A DNA stretch of 64,000 nucleotides, from NCBI GenBank assembly GCA_964016885.1, contig OZ024740.1, positions 203,112,001 to 203,176,000 on the forward strand, given 5' to 3'. The notes below the pieces were generated by a model, which had not been told where the DNA came from, searched no databases, and was given only the letters and a program-made list of their open reading frames with translations. Position numbers and translations under genes: made by a program. Source of the DNA: Eledone cirrhosa. Taxonomy: Eukaryota. Of this stretch, positions 18,001-36,000 are shown piece by piece; the first letter of the stretch is position 1; the number at the start of each line of letters is the position of its first letter.

Positions 18001-21000
18001 ATTAACAACAACAACAACAATAACAAGCATAACAATAACACTGGAATTAACAACAACAACAACAACAACAACAACAATAACATGCATAACAATAACACTG
18101 GAATTAACAACAACAACAACAACAACAACAACAATAACATGCATAACAATAACACTGGAATTAACAACAACAACAACAACAATAACATGCATAACAATAA
18201 CACTGGAATTAACAACAACAACAACAATAACATGCATAACAATAACACTGGAATTAACAACAACAACAATAACATGCATAACAATAACACTGGAATTAAC
18301 AACAACAACAACAACAATAACATGCATAACAATAACACTGGAATTAACAACAACAACAACAACAACAACAATAACATGCATAACAATAACACTGGAATTA
18401 ACAACAACAACAACAATAACATGCATAACAATAACACTGGAATTAACAACAACAACAACAACAATAACATGCATAACAATAACACTGGAATTAACAACAA
18501 CAACAACAACAATAACATGCATAACAATAACACTGGAATTAACAACAACAACAACATCAATAACATGCATAACAATAACACTGGAATTAACAACAACAAC
18601 AACAACAATAACATGCATAACAATAACACTGGAATTAACAACAACAACAACAACAATAACATGCATAACAATAACACTGGAATTAACAACAACAACAACA
18701 ACAATAACATGCATAACAATAACACTGGAATTAACAACAACAACAACAACAATAACATGCATAACAATAACACTGGAATTAACAACAACAACAACAACAA
18801 TAACATGCATAACAATAACACTGGAATTAACAACAACAATAACAACAATAACATGCATAACAATAACACTGGAATTAACAACAACAAGAACAACAACAAT
18901 AACATGCATAACAATAACACTGGGAATTAACAACAACAACAACAACAATAACATGCATAACAATAACACTGGAATTAACAACAACAACAATAACAACAAT
19001 AACATGCATAACAATAACACTGGAATTAACAACAACAACAACAACAATAACATGCATAACAATAACACTGGAATTAACAACAACAATAACAACAACAATA
19101 ACATGCATAACAATAACACTGGAATTAACAACAACAATAACAACAATAACATGCATAACAATAACACTGGAATTAACAACAACAATAACAACAATAACAT
19201 GCATAACAATAACACTGGAATTAACAACAACAACAACAGCAATAACATGCATAACAATAACACTGGAATTAACAACAACAATAACAACAACAATAACATG
19301 CATAACAATAACACTGGAATTAACAACAACAATAACAACAATAACATGCATAACAATAACACTGGAATTAACAACAACAATAAAAACAATAACATGCATA
19401 ACAATAACACTGGAATTAACAACAACAATAACAACAATAACATGCATAACAATAACACTGGAATTAACAACAACAATAACAACAATAACATGCATAACAA
19501 TAACACTGGAATTAACAACAACAATAACAACAATAACATGCATAACAATAACACTGGAATTAACAACAACAATAACAACAATAACATGCATAACAATAAC
19601 ACTGGAATTAACAACAACAATAACAACAATAACATGCATAACAATAATACTGGAATTAACAACAACAACAACAACAATAACATGCATAACAATAACACTG
19701 GAATTAACAACAACAACAACAACAATAACATGCATAACAATAACACTGGAATTAACAACAACAATAACAACAATAACATGCATAACAATAACACTGGAAT
19801 TAACAACAACAATAACAACAATAACATGCATAACAATAACACTGGAATTAACAACAACAATAACAACAATAACATGCATAACAATAACACTGGAATTAAC
19901 AACAACAATAACAACAATAACATGCATAACAATAACACTGGAATTAACAACAACAATAACAACAATAACATGCATAACAATAACACTGGAATTAACAACA
20001 ACAATAACAACAATAACATGCATAACAATAACACTGGAATTAACAACAACAACAACAACAATAACATGCATAACAATAACACTGGAATTAACAACAACAA
20101 TAACAACAATAACCTGCATAACAATAACACTGGAATTAACAACAACAACAACAACAACAACAATAACATGCATAACAATAACACTGGAATTAACAACAAC
20201 AATAACAACAACAATAACATGCATAACAATAACACTGGAATTAACAACAACAATAACATGCATAACAATAACACTGGAATTAACAACAACAATAACAACA
20301 ACAATAACATGCATAACAATAACACTGGAATTAACAACAACAATAACAACAACAATAACGTGCATAACAATAACACTGGAATTAACAACAACAATAACAA
20401 CAATAACATGCATAACAATAACACTGGAATTAACAACAACAATAACAACAATAACATGCATAACAATAACACTGGAATTAACAACAACAACAACAACAAT
20501 AACATGCATAACAATAACACTGGAATTAACAACAACAACAACAATAACATGCATAACAATAACACTGGAATTAACAATAACAACAACAATAACATGCATA
20601 ACAATAACACTGGAATTAACAACAACAACAACAATAACATGCATAACAATAACACTGGAATTACCAATAACAACAACAATAACATGCATAACAATAACAC
20701 TGGAATTAACAACAACAATAACAACAACAATAACATGCATAACAATAACACTGGAATTAACAACAACAACAACAACAATAACATGCATAACAATAACACT
20801 GGAATTAACAACAACAACAATAACATGCGTAACAATAACACTGGAATTAACAACAACAACAACAACAATAACATGCATAACAATAACACTGGAATTAACA
20901 ACAACAATAACAACAACAATAACATGCATAACAATAACACTGGAATTAACAACAACAACAACAACAACAATAACATGCATAACAATAACACTGGAATTAA

Positions 21001-24000
21001 CAACAACAACAACAACAACAATGACATGCATAACAATAACACTGGAATTAACAACAACAACAACAACAACAACATGCATAACAATAACACTGGAATTAAC
21101 AACAACAACAATAACAACAATAACATGCATAACAATAACACTGGAATTAACAACAACAATAACAATAACATGCATAACAATAACACTGGAATTAACAACA
21201 ACAACAACAATAACATGCATAACAATAACACTGGAATTAACAACAACAACAACAATAACAACATGCATAACAATAACACTGGAATTAACAACAACAATAA
21301 CAATAACATGCATAACAATAACACTGGAATTAACAACAACAATAACAACAATAACATGCATAACAATAACACTGGAATTAACAACAACAACAACAATAAC
21401 AATAACATGCATAACAATAACACTGAAATTAACAACAACAACAACAACAACAATAACATGCATAACAATAACACTGGAATTAACAACAACAACAACAACA
21501 ATAACATGTATAACAATAACACTGGAATTAACAACAACAACAACAACAACAATAACATGCATAACAATAACACTGGAATTAACAACAACAACAACAATAA
21601 CATGCATAACAATAACACTGGAATTAACAACAACAACAACAATAACATGCATAACAATAACACTGGAATTAACAACAACAACAACAACAATAACATGCAT
21701 AACAATAACACTGGAATTAATAACAACAACAACAACAATAAAATGCATAACAATAACACTGGAATTAACAACAACAACAATAACATGCATAACAATAACA
21801 CTGGAATTAACAACAACAACAATAACATGCATAACAATAACACTGGAATTAACAACAACAACAACAACAATAACATGCATAACAATAACACTGGAATTAA
21901 CAACAACAACAACAACAACAACAATAACATGCATAACAATAACACTGGAATTAACAACAACAACAACAATAACATGCATAACAATAACACTGGAATTAAC
22001 AACAACAACAACAACAATAACATGCATAACAATAACACTGGAATTAACAACAACAACAACAACAATAACATGCATAACAATAACACTGGAATTAACAACA
22101 ACAACAACATCAATAACATGCATAACAATAACACTGGAATTAACAACAACAACAACAACAATAACATGCATAACAATAACACTGGAATTAACAACAACAA
22201 CAACAACAACAATAACATGCATAACAATAACACTGCAATTAACAACAACAACAACAACAATAACATGCATAACAATAACACTGGAATTAACAACAACAAC
22301 AACAACAATAACATGCATAACAATAACACTGGAATTAACAACAACAACAACAACAATAACATGCATAACAATAACACTGGAATTAACAACAACAACAACA
22401 ACAATAACATGCATAACAATAACACTGGAATTAACAACAACAATAACAACAATAACATGCATAACAATAACACTGGAATTAACAACAACAATAACAACAA
22501 CAATAACATGCATAACAATAACACTGGGAATTAACAACAACAACAACAACAATAACATGCATAACAATAACACTGGAATTAACAACAACAACAATAACAA
22601 CAATAACATGCATAACAATAACACTGGAATTAACAACAACAATAACAACAATAACATGCATAACAATAACACTGGAATTAACAACAACAATAACAACAAT
22701 AACATGCATAACAATAACACTGGAATTAACAACAACAACAACAGCAATAACATGCATAACAATAACACTGGAATTAACAACAACAATAACAACAACAATA
22801 ACATGCATAACAATAACACTGGAATTAACAACAACAATAACAACAATAACATGCATAACAATAACACTGGAATTAACAACAACAATAACAACAATAACAT
22901 GCATAACAATAACACTGGAATTAACAACAACAATAAGAACAATAACATGCATAACAATAACACTGGAATTAACAACAACAATAACAACAATAACATGCAT
23001 AACAATAACACTGGAATTAACAACAACAACAACAACAATAACATGCATAACAATAACACTGGAATTAACAACAACAATAACAACAATAACATGCATAACA
23101 ATAACACTGGAATTAACAACAACAATAACAACAATAACATGCATAACAATAACACTGGAATTAACAACAACAATAACAACAATAACATGCATAACAATAA
23201 CACTGGAATTAACAACAACAATAACAACAATAACATGCATAACAATAACACTGGAATTAACAACAACAATAACAACAATAACATGCATAACAATAACACT
23301 GGAATTAACAACAACAATAACAACAATAACATGCATAACAATAACACTGGAATTAACAACAACAATAACAACAATAACATGCAAAACAATAACACTGGAA
23401 TTAACAACAACAATAACAACAATAACATGCATAACAATAACACTGGAATTAACAACAACAACAACAACAATAACATGCATAACAATAACACTGGAATTAA
23501 CAACAACAACAACAACAATAACATGCATAACAATAACACTGGAATTAACAACAACAATAACAACAATAACATGCATAACAATAACACTGGAATTAACAAC
23601 AACAACAACAACAATAACATGCATAACAATAACACTGGAATTAACAACAACAACAACAACAACAATAACATGCATAACAATAACACTGGAATTAACAACA
23701 ACAACAACATCAATAACATGCATAACAATAACACTGGAATTAACAACAACAACAACAACAATAACATGCATAACAATAACACTGGAATTAACAACAACAA
23801 CAACAACAACAATAACATGCATAACAATAACACTGCAATTAACAACAACAGCAACAACAATAACATGCATAACAATAACACTGGAATTAACAACAACAAC
23901 AACAACAATAACATGCATAACAATAACACTGGAATTAACAACAACAACAACAACAATAACATGCATAAGAATAACACTGGAATTAACAACAACAACAACA

Positions 24001-27000
24001 ACAATAACATGCATAACAATAACACTGGAATTAACAACAACAATAACAACAATAACATGCATAACAATAACACTGGAATTAACAACAACAATAACAACAA
24101 CAATAACATGCATAACAATAACACTGGGAATTAACAACAACAACAACAACAATAACATGCATAACAATAACACTGGAATTAACAACAACAACAATAACAA
24201 CAATAACATGCATAACAATAACACTGGAATTAACAACAACAACAACAACAATAACATGCATAACAATAACACTGGAATTAACAACAACAATAACATGCAT
24301 AACAATAACACTGGAATTAACAACAACAATAACAACAATAACATGCATAACAATAACACTGGAATTAACAACAACAATAACAACAATAACATGCATAACA
24401 ATAACACTGGAATTAACAACAACAACAACAGCAATAACATGTATAACAATAACACTGGAATTAACAACAACAATAACAACAACAATAACATGCATAACAA
24501 TAACACTGGAATTAACAACAACAATAACAACAATAACATGCATAACAATAACACTGGAATTAACAACAACAATAACAACAATAACATGCATAACAATAAC
24601 ACTGGAATTAACAACAACAATAAGAACAATAACATGCATAACAATAACACTGGAATTAACAACAACAATAACAACAATAACATGCATAACAATAACACTG
24701 GAATTAACAACAACAACAACAACAATAACATGCATAACAATAACACTGGAATTAACAACAACAATAACAACAATAACATGCATAACAATAACACTGGAAT
24801 TAACAACAACAATAACAACAATAACATGCATAACAATAACACTGGAATTAACAACAACAATAACAACAATAACATGCATAACAATAACACTGGAATTAAC
24901 AACAACAATAACAACAATAACATGCATAACAATAACACTGGAATTAACAACAACAATAACAACAATAACATGCATAACAATAACACTGGAATTAACAACA
25001 ACAATAACAACAATAACATGCATAACAATAACACTGGAATTAACAACAACAATAACAACAATAACATGCAAAACAATAACACTGGAATTAACAACAACAA
25101 TAACAACAATAACATGCATAACAATAACACTGGAATTAACAACAACAACAACAACAATAACATGCATAACAATAACACTGGAATTAACAACAACAACAAC
25201 AACAATAACATGCATAACAATAACACTGGAATTAACAACAACAATAACAACAATAACATGCATAACAATAACACTGGAATTAACAACAACAACAACAACA
25301 ACAACAATAACATGCATAACAATAACACTGGAATTAACAACAACAATAACAACAACAATAACATGCATAACAATAACACTGGAATTAACAACAACAATAA
25401 CATGCATAACAATAACACTGGAATTAACAACAACAATAACAACAACAATAACATGCATAACAATAACACTGGAATTAACAACAACAATAACAACAACAAT
25501 AACGTGCATAACAATAACACTGGAATTAACAACAACAATAACAACAATAACATGCATAACAATAACACTGGAATTAACAACAACAATAACAACAATAACA
25601 TGCATAACAATAACACTGGAATTAACAACAACAACAACAACAATAACATGCATAACAATAACACTGGAATTAACAACAACAACAACAATAACATGCATAA
25701 CAATAACACTGGAATTAACAATAACAACAACAATAACATGCATAACAATAACACTGGAATTAACAACAACAACAACAATAACATGCATAACAATAACACT
25801 GGAATTACCAATGACAACAACAATAACATGCATAACAATAACACTGGAATTAACAACAACAATAACAACAACAATAACATGCATAACAATAACACTGGAA
25901 TTAACAACAACAACAACAACAATAACATGCATAACAATAACACTGGAATTAACAACAACAACAATAACATGCGTAACAATAACACTGGAATTAACAACAA
26001 CAACAACAACAATAACATGCATAACAATAACACTGGAATTAACAACAACAATAACAACAACAATAACATGCATAACAATAACACTGGAATTAACAACAAC
26101 AACAACAACAACAATAACATGCATAACAATAACACTGGAATTAACAACAACAACAACAACAACAATGACATGCATAACAATAACACTGGAATTAACAACA
26201 ACAACAACAACAACAACATGCATAACAATAACACTGGAATTAACAACAACAACAATAACAACAATAACATGCATAACAATAACACTGGAATTAACAACAA
26301 CAATAACAATAACATGCATAACAATAACACTGGAATTAACAACAACAACAACAATAACATGCATAACAATAACACTGGAATTAACAACAACAACAACAAT
26401 AACAACATGCATAACAATAACACTGGAATTAACAACAACAATAACAATAACATGCATAACAATAACACTGGAATTAACAACAACAATAACAACAATAACA
26501 TGCATAACAATAACACTGGAATTAACAACAACAACAACAATAACAATAACATGCATAACAATAACACTGAAATTAACAACAACAACAACAACAACAATAA
26601 CATGCATAACAATAACACTGGAATTAACAACAACAACAACAACAATAACATGTATAACAATAACACTGGAATTAACAACAACAACAACAACAACAATAAC
26701 ATGCATAACAATAACACTGGAATTAACAACAACAACAACAATAACATGCATAACAATAACACTGGAATTAACAACAACAACAACAATAACATGCATAACA
26801 ATAACACTGGAATTAACAACAACAACAACAACAATAACATGCATAACAATAACACTGGAATTAACAACAACAACAACAACAATAAAATGCATAACAATAA
26901 CACTGGAATTAACAACAACAACAACAATAACATGCATAACAATAACACTGGAATTAACAACAACAACAATAACATGCATAACAATAACACTGGAATTAAC

Positions 27001-30000
27001 AACAACAACAACAACAATAACATGCATAACAATAACACTGGAATTAACAACAACAACAACAACAACAACAATAACATGCATAACAATAACACTGGAATTA
27101 ACAACAACAACAACAATAACATGCATAACAATAACACTGGAATTAACAACAACAACAACAACAATAACATGCATAACAATAACACTGGAATTAACAACAA
27201 CAACAACAACAATAACATGCATAACAATAACACTGGAATTAACAACAACAACAACATCAATAACATGCATAACAATAACACTGGAATTAACAACAACAAC
27301 AACAACAATAACATGCATAACAATAACACTGGAATTAACAACAACAACAACAACAACAATAACATGCATAACAATAACACTGCAATTAACAACAACAACA
27401 ACAATAACATGCATAACAATAACACTGGAATTAACAACAACAACAACAACAATAACATGCATAACAATAACACTGGAATTAACAACAACAACAACAACAA
27501 TAACATGCATAACAATAACACTGGAATTAACAACAACAACAACAACAATAACATGCATAACAATAACACTGGAATTAACAACAACAATAACAACAATAAC
27601 ATGCATAACAATAACACTGGAATTAACAACAACAATAACAACAACAATAACATGCATAACAATAACACTGGGAATTAACAACAACAACAACAATAACATG
27701 CATAACAATAACACTGGAATTAACAACAACAACAATAACAACAATAACATGCATAACAATAACACTGGAATTAACAACAACAACAACAACAATAACATGC
27801 ATAACAATAACACTGGAATTAACAACAACAATAACATGCATAACAATAACACTGGAATTAACAACAACAATAACAACAATAACATGCATAACAATAACAC
27901 TGGAATTAACAACAACAATAACAACAATAACATGCATAACAATAACACTGGAATTAACAACAATAACAACAGCAATAACATGCATAACAATAACACTGGA
28001 ATTAACAACAACAATAACAACAACAATAACATGCATAACAATAACACTGGAATTAACAACAACAATAACAACAATAACATGCATAACAATAACACTGGAA
28101 TTAACAACAACAATAACAACAATAACATGCATAACAATAACACTGGAATTAACAACAACAATAAGAACAATAACATGCATAACAATAACACTGGAATTAA
28201 CAACAACAATAACAACAATAACATGCATAACAATAACACTGGAATTAACAACAACAACAACAACAATAACATGCATAACAATAACACTGGAATTAACAAC
28301 AACAATAACAACAATAACATGCATAACAATAACACTGGAATTAACAACAACAATAACAACAATAACATGCATAACAATAACACTGGAATTAACAACAACA
28401 ATAACAACAATAACATGCATAACAATAACACTGGAATTAACAACAACAATAACAACAATAACATGCATAACAATAACACTGGAATTAACAACAACAATAA
28501 CAACAATAACATGCATAACAATAACACTGGAATTAACAACAACAATAACAACAATAACATGCATAACAATAACACTGGAATTAACAACAACAATAACAAC
28601 AATAACATGCAAAACAATAACACTGGAATTAACAACAACAATAACAACAATAACATGCATAACAATAACACTGGAATTAACAACAACAACAACAACAATA
28701 ACATGCATAACAATAACACTGGAATTAACAACAACAACAACAACAATAACATGCATAACAATAACACTGGAATTAACAACAACAATAACAACAATAACAT
28801 GCATAACAATAACACTGGAATTAACAACAACAACAACAACAATAACATGCATAACAATAACACTGGAATTAACAACAACAACAACAACAATAACATGCAT
28901 AACAATAACACTGGAATTAACAACAACAACAACATCAATAACATGCATAACAATAACACTGGAATTAACAACAACAACAACAACAATAACATGCATAACA
29001 ATAACACTGGAATTAACAACAACAACAACAACAACAATAACATGCATAACAATAACACTGCAATTAACAACAACAACAACAACAATATCATGCATAACAA
29101 TAACACTGGAATTAACAACAACAACAACAACAATAACATGCATAACAATAACACTGGAATTAACAACAACAACAACAACAATAACATGCATAACAATAAC
29201 ACTGGAATTAACAACAACAACAACAACAATAACATGCATAACAATAACACTGGAATTAACAACAACAATAACAACAATAACATGCATAACAATAACACTG
29301 GAATTAACAACAACAATAACAACAACAATAACATGCATAACAATAACACTGGGAATTAACAACAACAACAACAACAATAACATGCATAACAATAACACTG
29401 GAATTAACAACAACAACAATAACAACAATAACATGCATAACAATAACACTGGAATTAACAACAACAACAACAACAATAACATGCATAACAATAACACTGG
29501 AATTAACAACAACAATAACATGCATAACAATAAAACTGGAATTAACAACAACAATAACAACAATAACATGCATAACAATAACACTGGAATTAACAACAAC
29601 AATAACAACAATAACATGCATAACAATAACACTGGAATTAACAACAACAACAACAGCAATAACATGCATAACAATAACACTGGAATTAACAACAACAATA
29701 ACAACAACAATAACATGCATAACAATAACACTGGAATTAACAACAACAATAACAACAATAACATGCATAACAATAACACTGGAATTAACAACAACAATAA
29801 CAACAATAACATGCATAACAATAACACTGGAATTAACAACAACAATAAGAACAATAACATGCATAACAATAACACTGGAATTAACAACAACAATAACAAC
29901 AATAACATGCATAACAATAACACTGGAATTAACAACAACAACAACAACAATAACATGCATAACAATAACACTGGAATTAACAACAACAATAACAACAATA

Positions 30001-33000
30001 ACATGCATAACAATAACACTGGAATTAACAACAACAATAACAACAATAACATGCATAACAATAACACTGGAATTAACAACAACAATAACAACAATAACAT
30101 GCATAACAATAACACTGGAATTAACAACAACAATAACAACAATAACATGCATAACAATAACACTGGAATTAACAACAACAATAACAACAATAACATGCAT
30201 AACAATAACACTGGAATTAACAACAACAATAACAACAATAACATGCATAACAATAACACTGGAATTAACAACAACAATAACAACAATAACATGCAAAACA
30301 ATAACACTGGAATTAACAACAACAATAACAACAATAACATGCATAACAATAACACTGGAATTAACAACAACAACAACAACAATAACATGCATAACAATAA
30401 CACTGGAATTAACAACAACAACAACAACAATAACATGCATAACAATAACACTGGAATTAACAACAACAATAACAACAATAACATGCATAACAATAACACT
30501 GGAATTAACAACAACAACAACAACAACAACAATAACATGCATAACAATAACACTGGAATTAACAACAACAATAACAACAACAATAACATGCATAACAATA
30601 ACACTGGAATTAACAACAACAATAACATGCATAACAATAACACTGGAATTAACAACAACAATAACAACAACAATAACATGCATAACAATAACACTGGAAT
30701 TAACAACAACAATAACAACAACAATAACGTGCATAACAATAACACTGGAATTAACAACAACAATAACAACAATAACATGCATAACAATAACACTGGAATT
30801 AACAACAACAATAACAACAATAACATGCATAACAATAACACTGGAATTAACAACAACAACAACAACAATAACCTGCATAACAATAACACTGGAATTAACA
30901 ACAACAACAACAATAACATGCATAACAATAACACTGGAATTAACAATAACAACAACAATAACATGCATAACAATAACACTGGAATTAACAACAACAACAA
31001 TAACATGCATAACAATAACACTGGAATTACCAATAACAACAACAATAACATGCATAACAATAACACTGGAATTAACAACAAAAACAACAACAACAATAAC
31101 ATGCATAACAATAACACTGGAATTAACAACAACAATAACAACAATAACATGCATAACAATAACAGTGGAATTAACAACAACAACAACAACAATAACATGC
31201 ATAACAATAACACTGGAATTAACAACAACAATAACAATAACATGCATAACAATAACACTGGAATTAACAACAACAATAACAACAACAATAACATGCATAA
31301 CAATAACACTGGAATTAACAACAACAATAACAACAACAATAACATGCATAACAATAACACTGGAATTAACAACAACAACAACAACAATAACATGCATAAC
31401 AATAACACTGGAATTAACAACAACAACAACAACAATAACATGCATAACAATAACACTGGAATTAACAACAACAACAATAACATGCGTAACAATAACACTG
31501 GAATTAACAACAACAACAACAACAATAACATGCATAACAATAACACTGGAATTAACAACAACAATAACAACAACAATAACATGCATAACAATAACACTGG
31601 AATTAACAACAACAACAACAACAACAATAACATGCATAACAATAACACTGGAATTAACAACAACAACAACAACAACAATGACATGCATAACAATAACACT
31701 GGAATTAACAACAACAACAACAACAACAACATGCATAACAATAACACTGGAATTAACAACAACAACAATAACAACAATAACATGCATAACAATAACACTG
31801 GAATTAACAACAACAATAACAATAACATGCATAACAATAACACTGGAATTAACAACAACAACAACAATAACATGCATAACAATAACACTGGAATTAACAA
31901 CAACAACACCAATAACAACATGCATAACAATAACACTGGAATTAACAACAACAATAACAATAACATGTATAACAATAACACTGGAATTAACAACAACAAT
32001 AACAACAATAACATGCATAACAATAACACTGGAATTAACAACAACAACAACAATAACAATAACATGCATAACAATAACACTGGAATTAACAACAACAATA
32101 ACAACAATAACATGCATAACAATAACACTGGAATTAACAACAACAATAACAACAATAACATGCATAACAATAACACTGGAATTAACAACAACAACAACAG
32201 CAATAACATGCATAACAATAACACTGGAATTAACAACAACAATAACAACAACAATAACATGCATAACAATAACACTGGAATTAACAACAACAATAACAAC
32301 AATAACATGCATAACAATAACACTGGAATTAACAACAACAATAAGAACAATAACATGCATAACAATAACACTGGAATTAACAACAACAATAAGAACAATA
32401 ACATGCATAACAATAACACTGGAATTAACAACAACAATAACAACAATAACATGCATAACAATAACACTGGAATTAACAACAACAACAACAACAATAACAT
32501 GCATAACAATAACACTGGAATTAACAACAACAATAACAACAATAACATGCATAACAATAACACTGGAATTAACAACAACAATAACAACAATAACATGCAT
32601 AACAATAACACTGGAATTAACAACAACAATAACAACAATAACATGCATAACAATAACACTGGAATTAACAACAACAATAACAACAATAACATGCATAACA
32701 ATAACACTGGAATTAACAACAACAATAACAACAATAACATGCATAACAATAACACTGGAATTAACAACAACAATAACAACAATAACATGCATAACAATAA
32801 CACTGGAATTAACAACAACAATAACAACAATAACATGCAAAACAATAACACTGGAATTAACAACAACAATAACAACAATAACATGCATAACAATAACACT
32901 GGAATTAACAACAACAACAACAACAATAACATGCATAACAATAACACTGGAATTAACAACAACAACAACAACAATAACATGCATAACAATAACACTGGAA

Positions 33001-36000
33001 TTAACAACAACAATAACAACAATAACATGCATAACAATAACACTGGAATTAACAACAACAATAACAACAATAACATGCATAACAATAACACTGGAATTAA
33101 CAACAACAATAACAACAATAACATGCATAACAATAACACTGGAATTAACAACAACAACAACAACAACAACAATAACATGCATAACAATAACACTGGAATT
33201 AACAACAACAATAACAACAACAATAACATGCATAACAATAACACTGGAATTAACAACAACAATAACATGCATAACAATAACACTGGAATTAACAACAACA
33301 ATAACAACAACAATAACATGCATAACAATAACACTGGAATTAACAACAACAATAACAACAACAATAACGTGCATAACAATAACACTGGAATTAACAACAA
33401 CAATAACAACAATAACATGCATAACAATAACACTGGAATTAACAACAACAATAACAACAATAACATGCATAACAATAACACTGGAATTAACAACAACAAC
33501 AACAACAATAACCTGCATAACAATAACACTGGAATTAACAACAACAACAACAATAACATGCATAACAATAACACTGGAATTAACAATAACAACAACAATA
33601 ACATGCATAACAATAACACTGGAATTAACAACAACAACAATAACATGCATAACAATAACACTGGAATTACCAATAACAACAACAATAACATGCATAACAA
33701 TAACACTGGAATTAACAACAAAAACAACAACAACAATAACATGCATAACAATAACACTGGAATTAACAACAACAATAACAACAATAACATGCATAACAAT
33801 AACAGTGGAATTAACAACAACAACAACAACAATAACATGCATAACAATAACACTGGAATTAACAACAACAATAACAACAACAATAACATGCATAACAATA
33901 ACACTGGAATTAACAACAACAACAACAACAACAACAACAATAACATGCATAACAATAACACTGGAATTAACAACAACAACAACAACAACAATGACATGCA
34001 TAACAATAACACTGGAATTAACAACAACAACAACAACAACAACATGCATAACAATAACACTGGAATTAACAACAACAACAATAACAACAATAACATGCAT
34101 AACAATAACACTGGAATTAACAACAACAATAACAATAACATGCATAACAATAACACTGGAATTAACAACAACAACAACAATAACATGCATAACAATAACA
34201 CTGGAATTAACAACAACAACAACAATAACAACATGCATAACAATAACACTGGAATTAACAACAACAATAACAATAACATGCATAACAATAACACTGGAAT
34301 TAACAACAACAATAACAACAATAACATGCATAACAATAACACTGGAATTAACAACAACAACAACAATAACAATAACATGCATAACAATAACACTGGAATT
34401 AACAACAACAATAACAACAATAACATGCATAACAATAACAGTGGAATTAACAACAACAACAACAACAATAACATGCATAACAATAACACTGGAATTAACA
34501 ACAACAATAACAATAACATGCATAACAATAACACTGGAATTAACAACAACAATAACAACAACAATAACCTGCATAACAATAACACTGGAATTAACAACAA
34601 CAACAACAATAACATGCATAACAATAACACTGGAATTAACAATAACAACAACAATAACATGCATAACAATAACACTGGAATTAACAACAACAACAACAAT
34701 AACATGCATAACAATAACACTGGAATTACCAATAACAACAACAATAACATGCATAACAATAACACTGGAATTAACAACAACAATAACAATAACATGCATA
34801 ACAATAACACTGGAATTAACAACAACAACAACAATAACATGCATAACAATAACACTGGAATTAACAACAACAACAACAATAACAACATGCATAACAATAA
34901 CACTGGAATTAACAACAACAATAACAATAACATGCATAACAATAACACTGGAATTAACAACAACAATAACAACAATAACATGCATAACAATAACACTGGA
35001 ATTAACAACAACAACAACAATAACAATAACATGCATAACAATAACACTGGAATTAACAACAACAATAACAACAATAACATGCATAACAATAACAGTGGAA
35101 TTAACAACAACAACAACAACAATAACATGCATAACAATAACACTGTAATTAACAACAACAATAACAATAACATGCATAACAATAACACTGGAATTAACAA
35201 CAACAATAACAACAACAATAACATGCATAACAATAACACTGGAATTAACAACAACAATAACAACAATAACATGCATAACAATAACACTGGAATTAACAAC
35301 AACAACAACAATAACATGCATAACAATAACACTGGAATTAACAATAACAACAACAATAACATGCATAACAATAACACTGGAATTAACAACAACAACAACA
35401 ATAACATGCATAACAATAACACTGGAATTACCAATAACAACAACAATAACATGCATAACAATAACACTGGAATTAACAACAAAAACAACAACAACAATAA
35501 CATGCATAACAATAACACTGGAATTAACAACAACAATAACAACAATAACATGCATAACAATAACAGTGGAATTAACAACAACAACAACAACAATAACATG
35601 CATAACAATAACACTGGAATTAACAACAACAATAACAATAACATGCATAACAATAACACTGGAATTAACAACAACAATAACAACAACAATAACATGCATA
35701 ACAATAACACTGGAATTAACAACAACAATAACAACAACAATAACATGCATAACAATAACACTGGAATTAACAACAACAACAACAACAATAACATGCATAA
35801 CAATAACACTGGAATTAACAACAACAACAATAACATGCGTAACAATAACACTGGAATTAACAACAACAACAACAACAATAACATGCATAACAATAACACT
35901 GGAATTAACAACAACAATAACAACAACAATAACATGCATAACAATAACACTGGAATTAACAACAACAACAACAACAATAACATGCATAACAATAACACTG

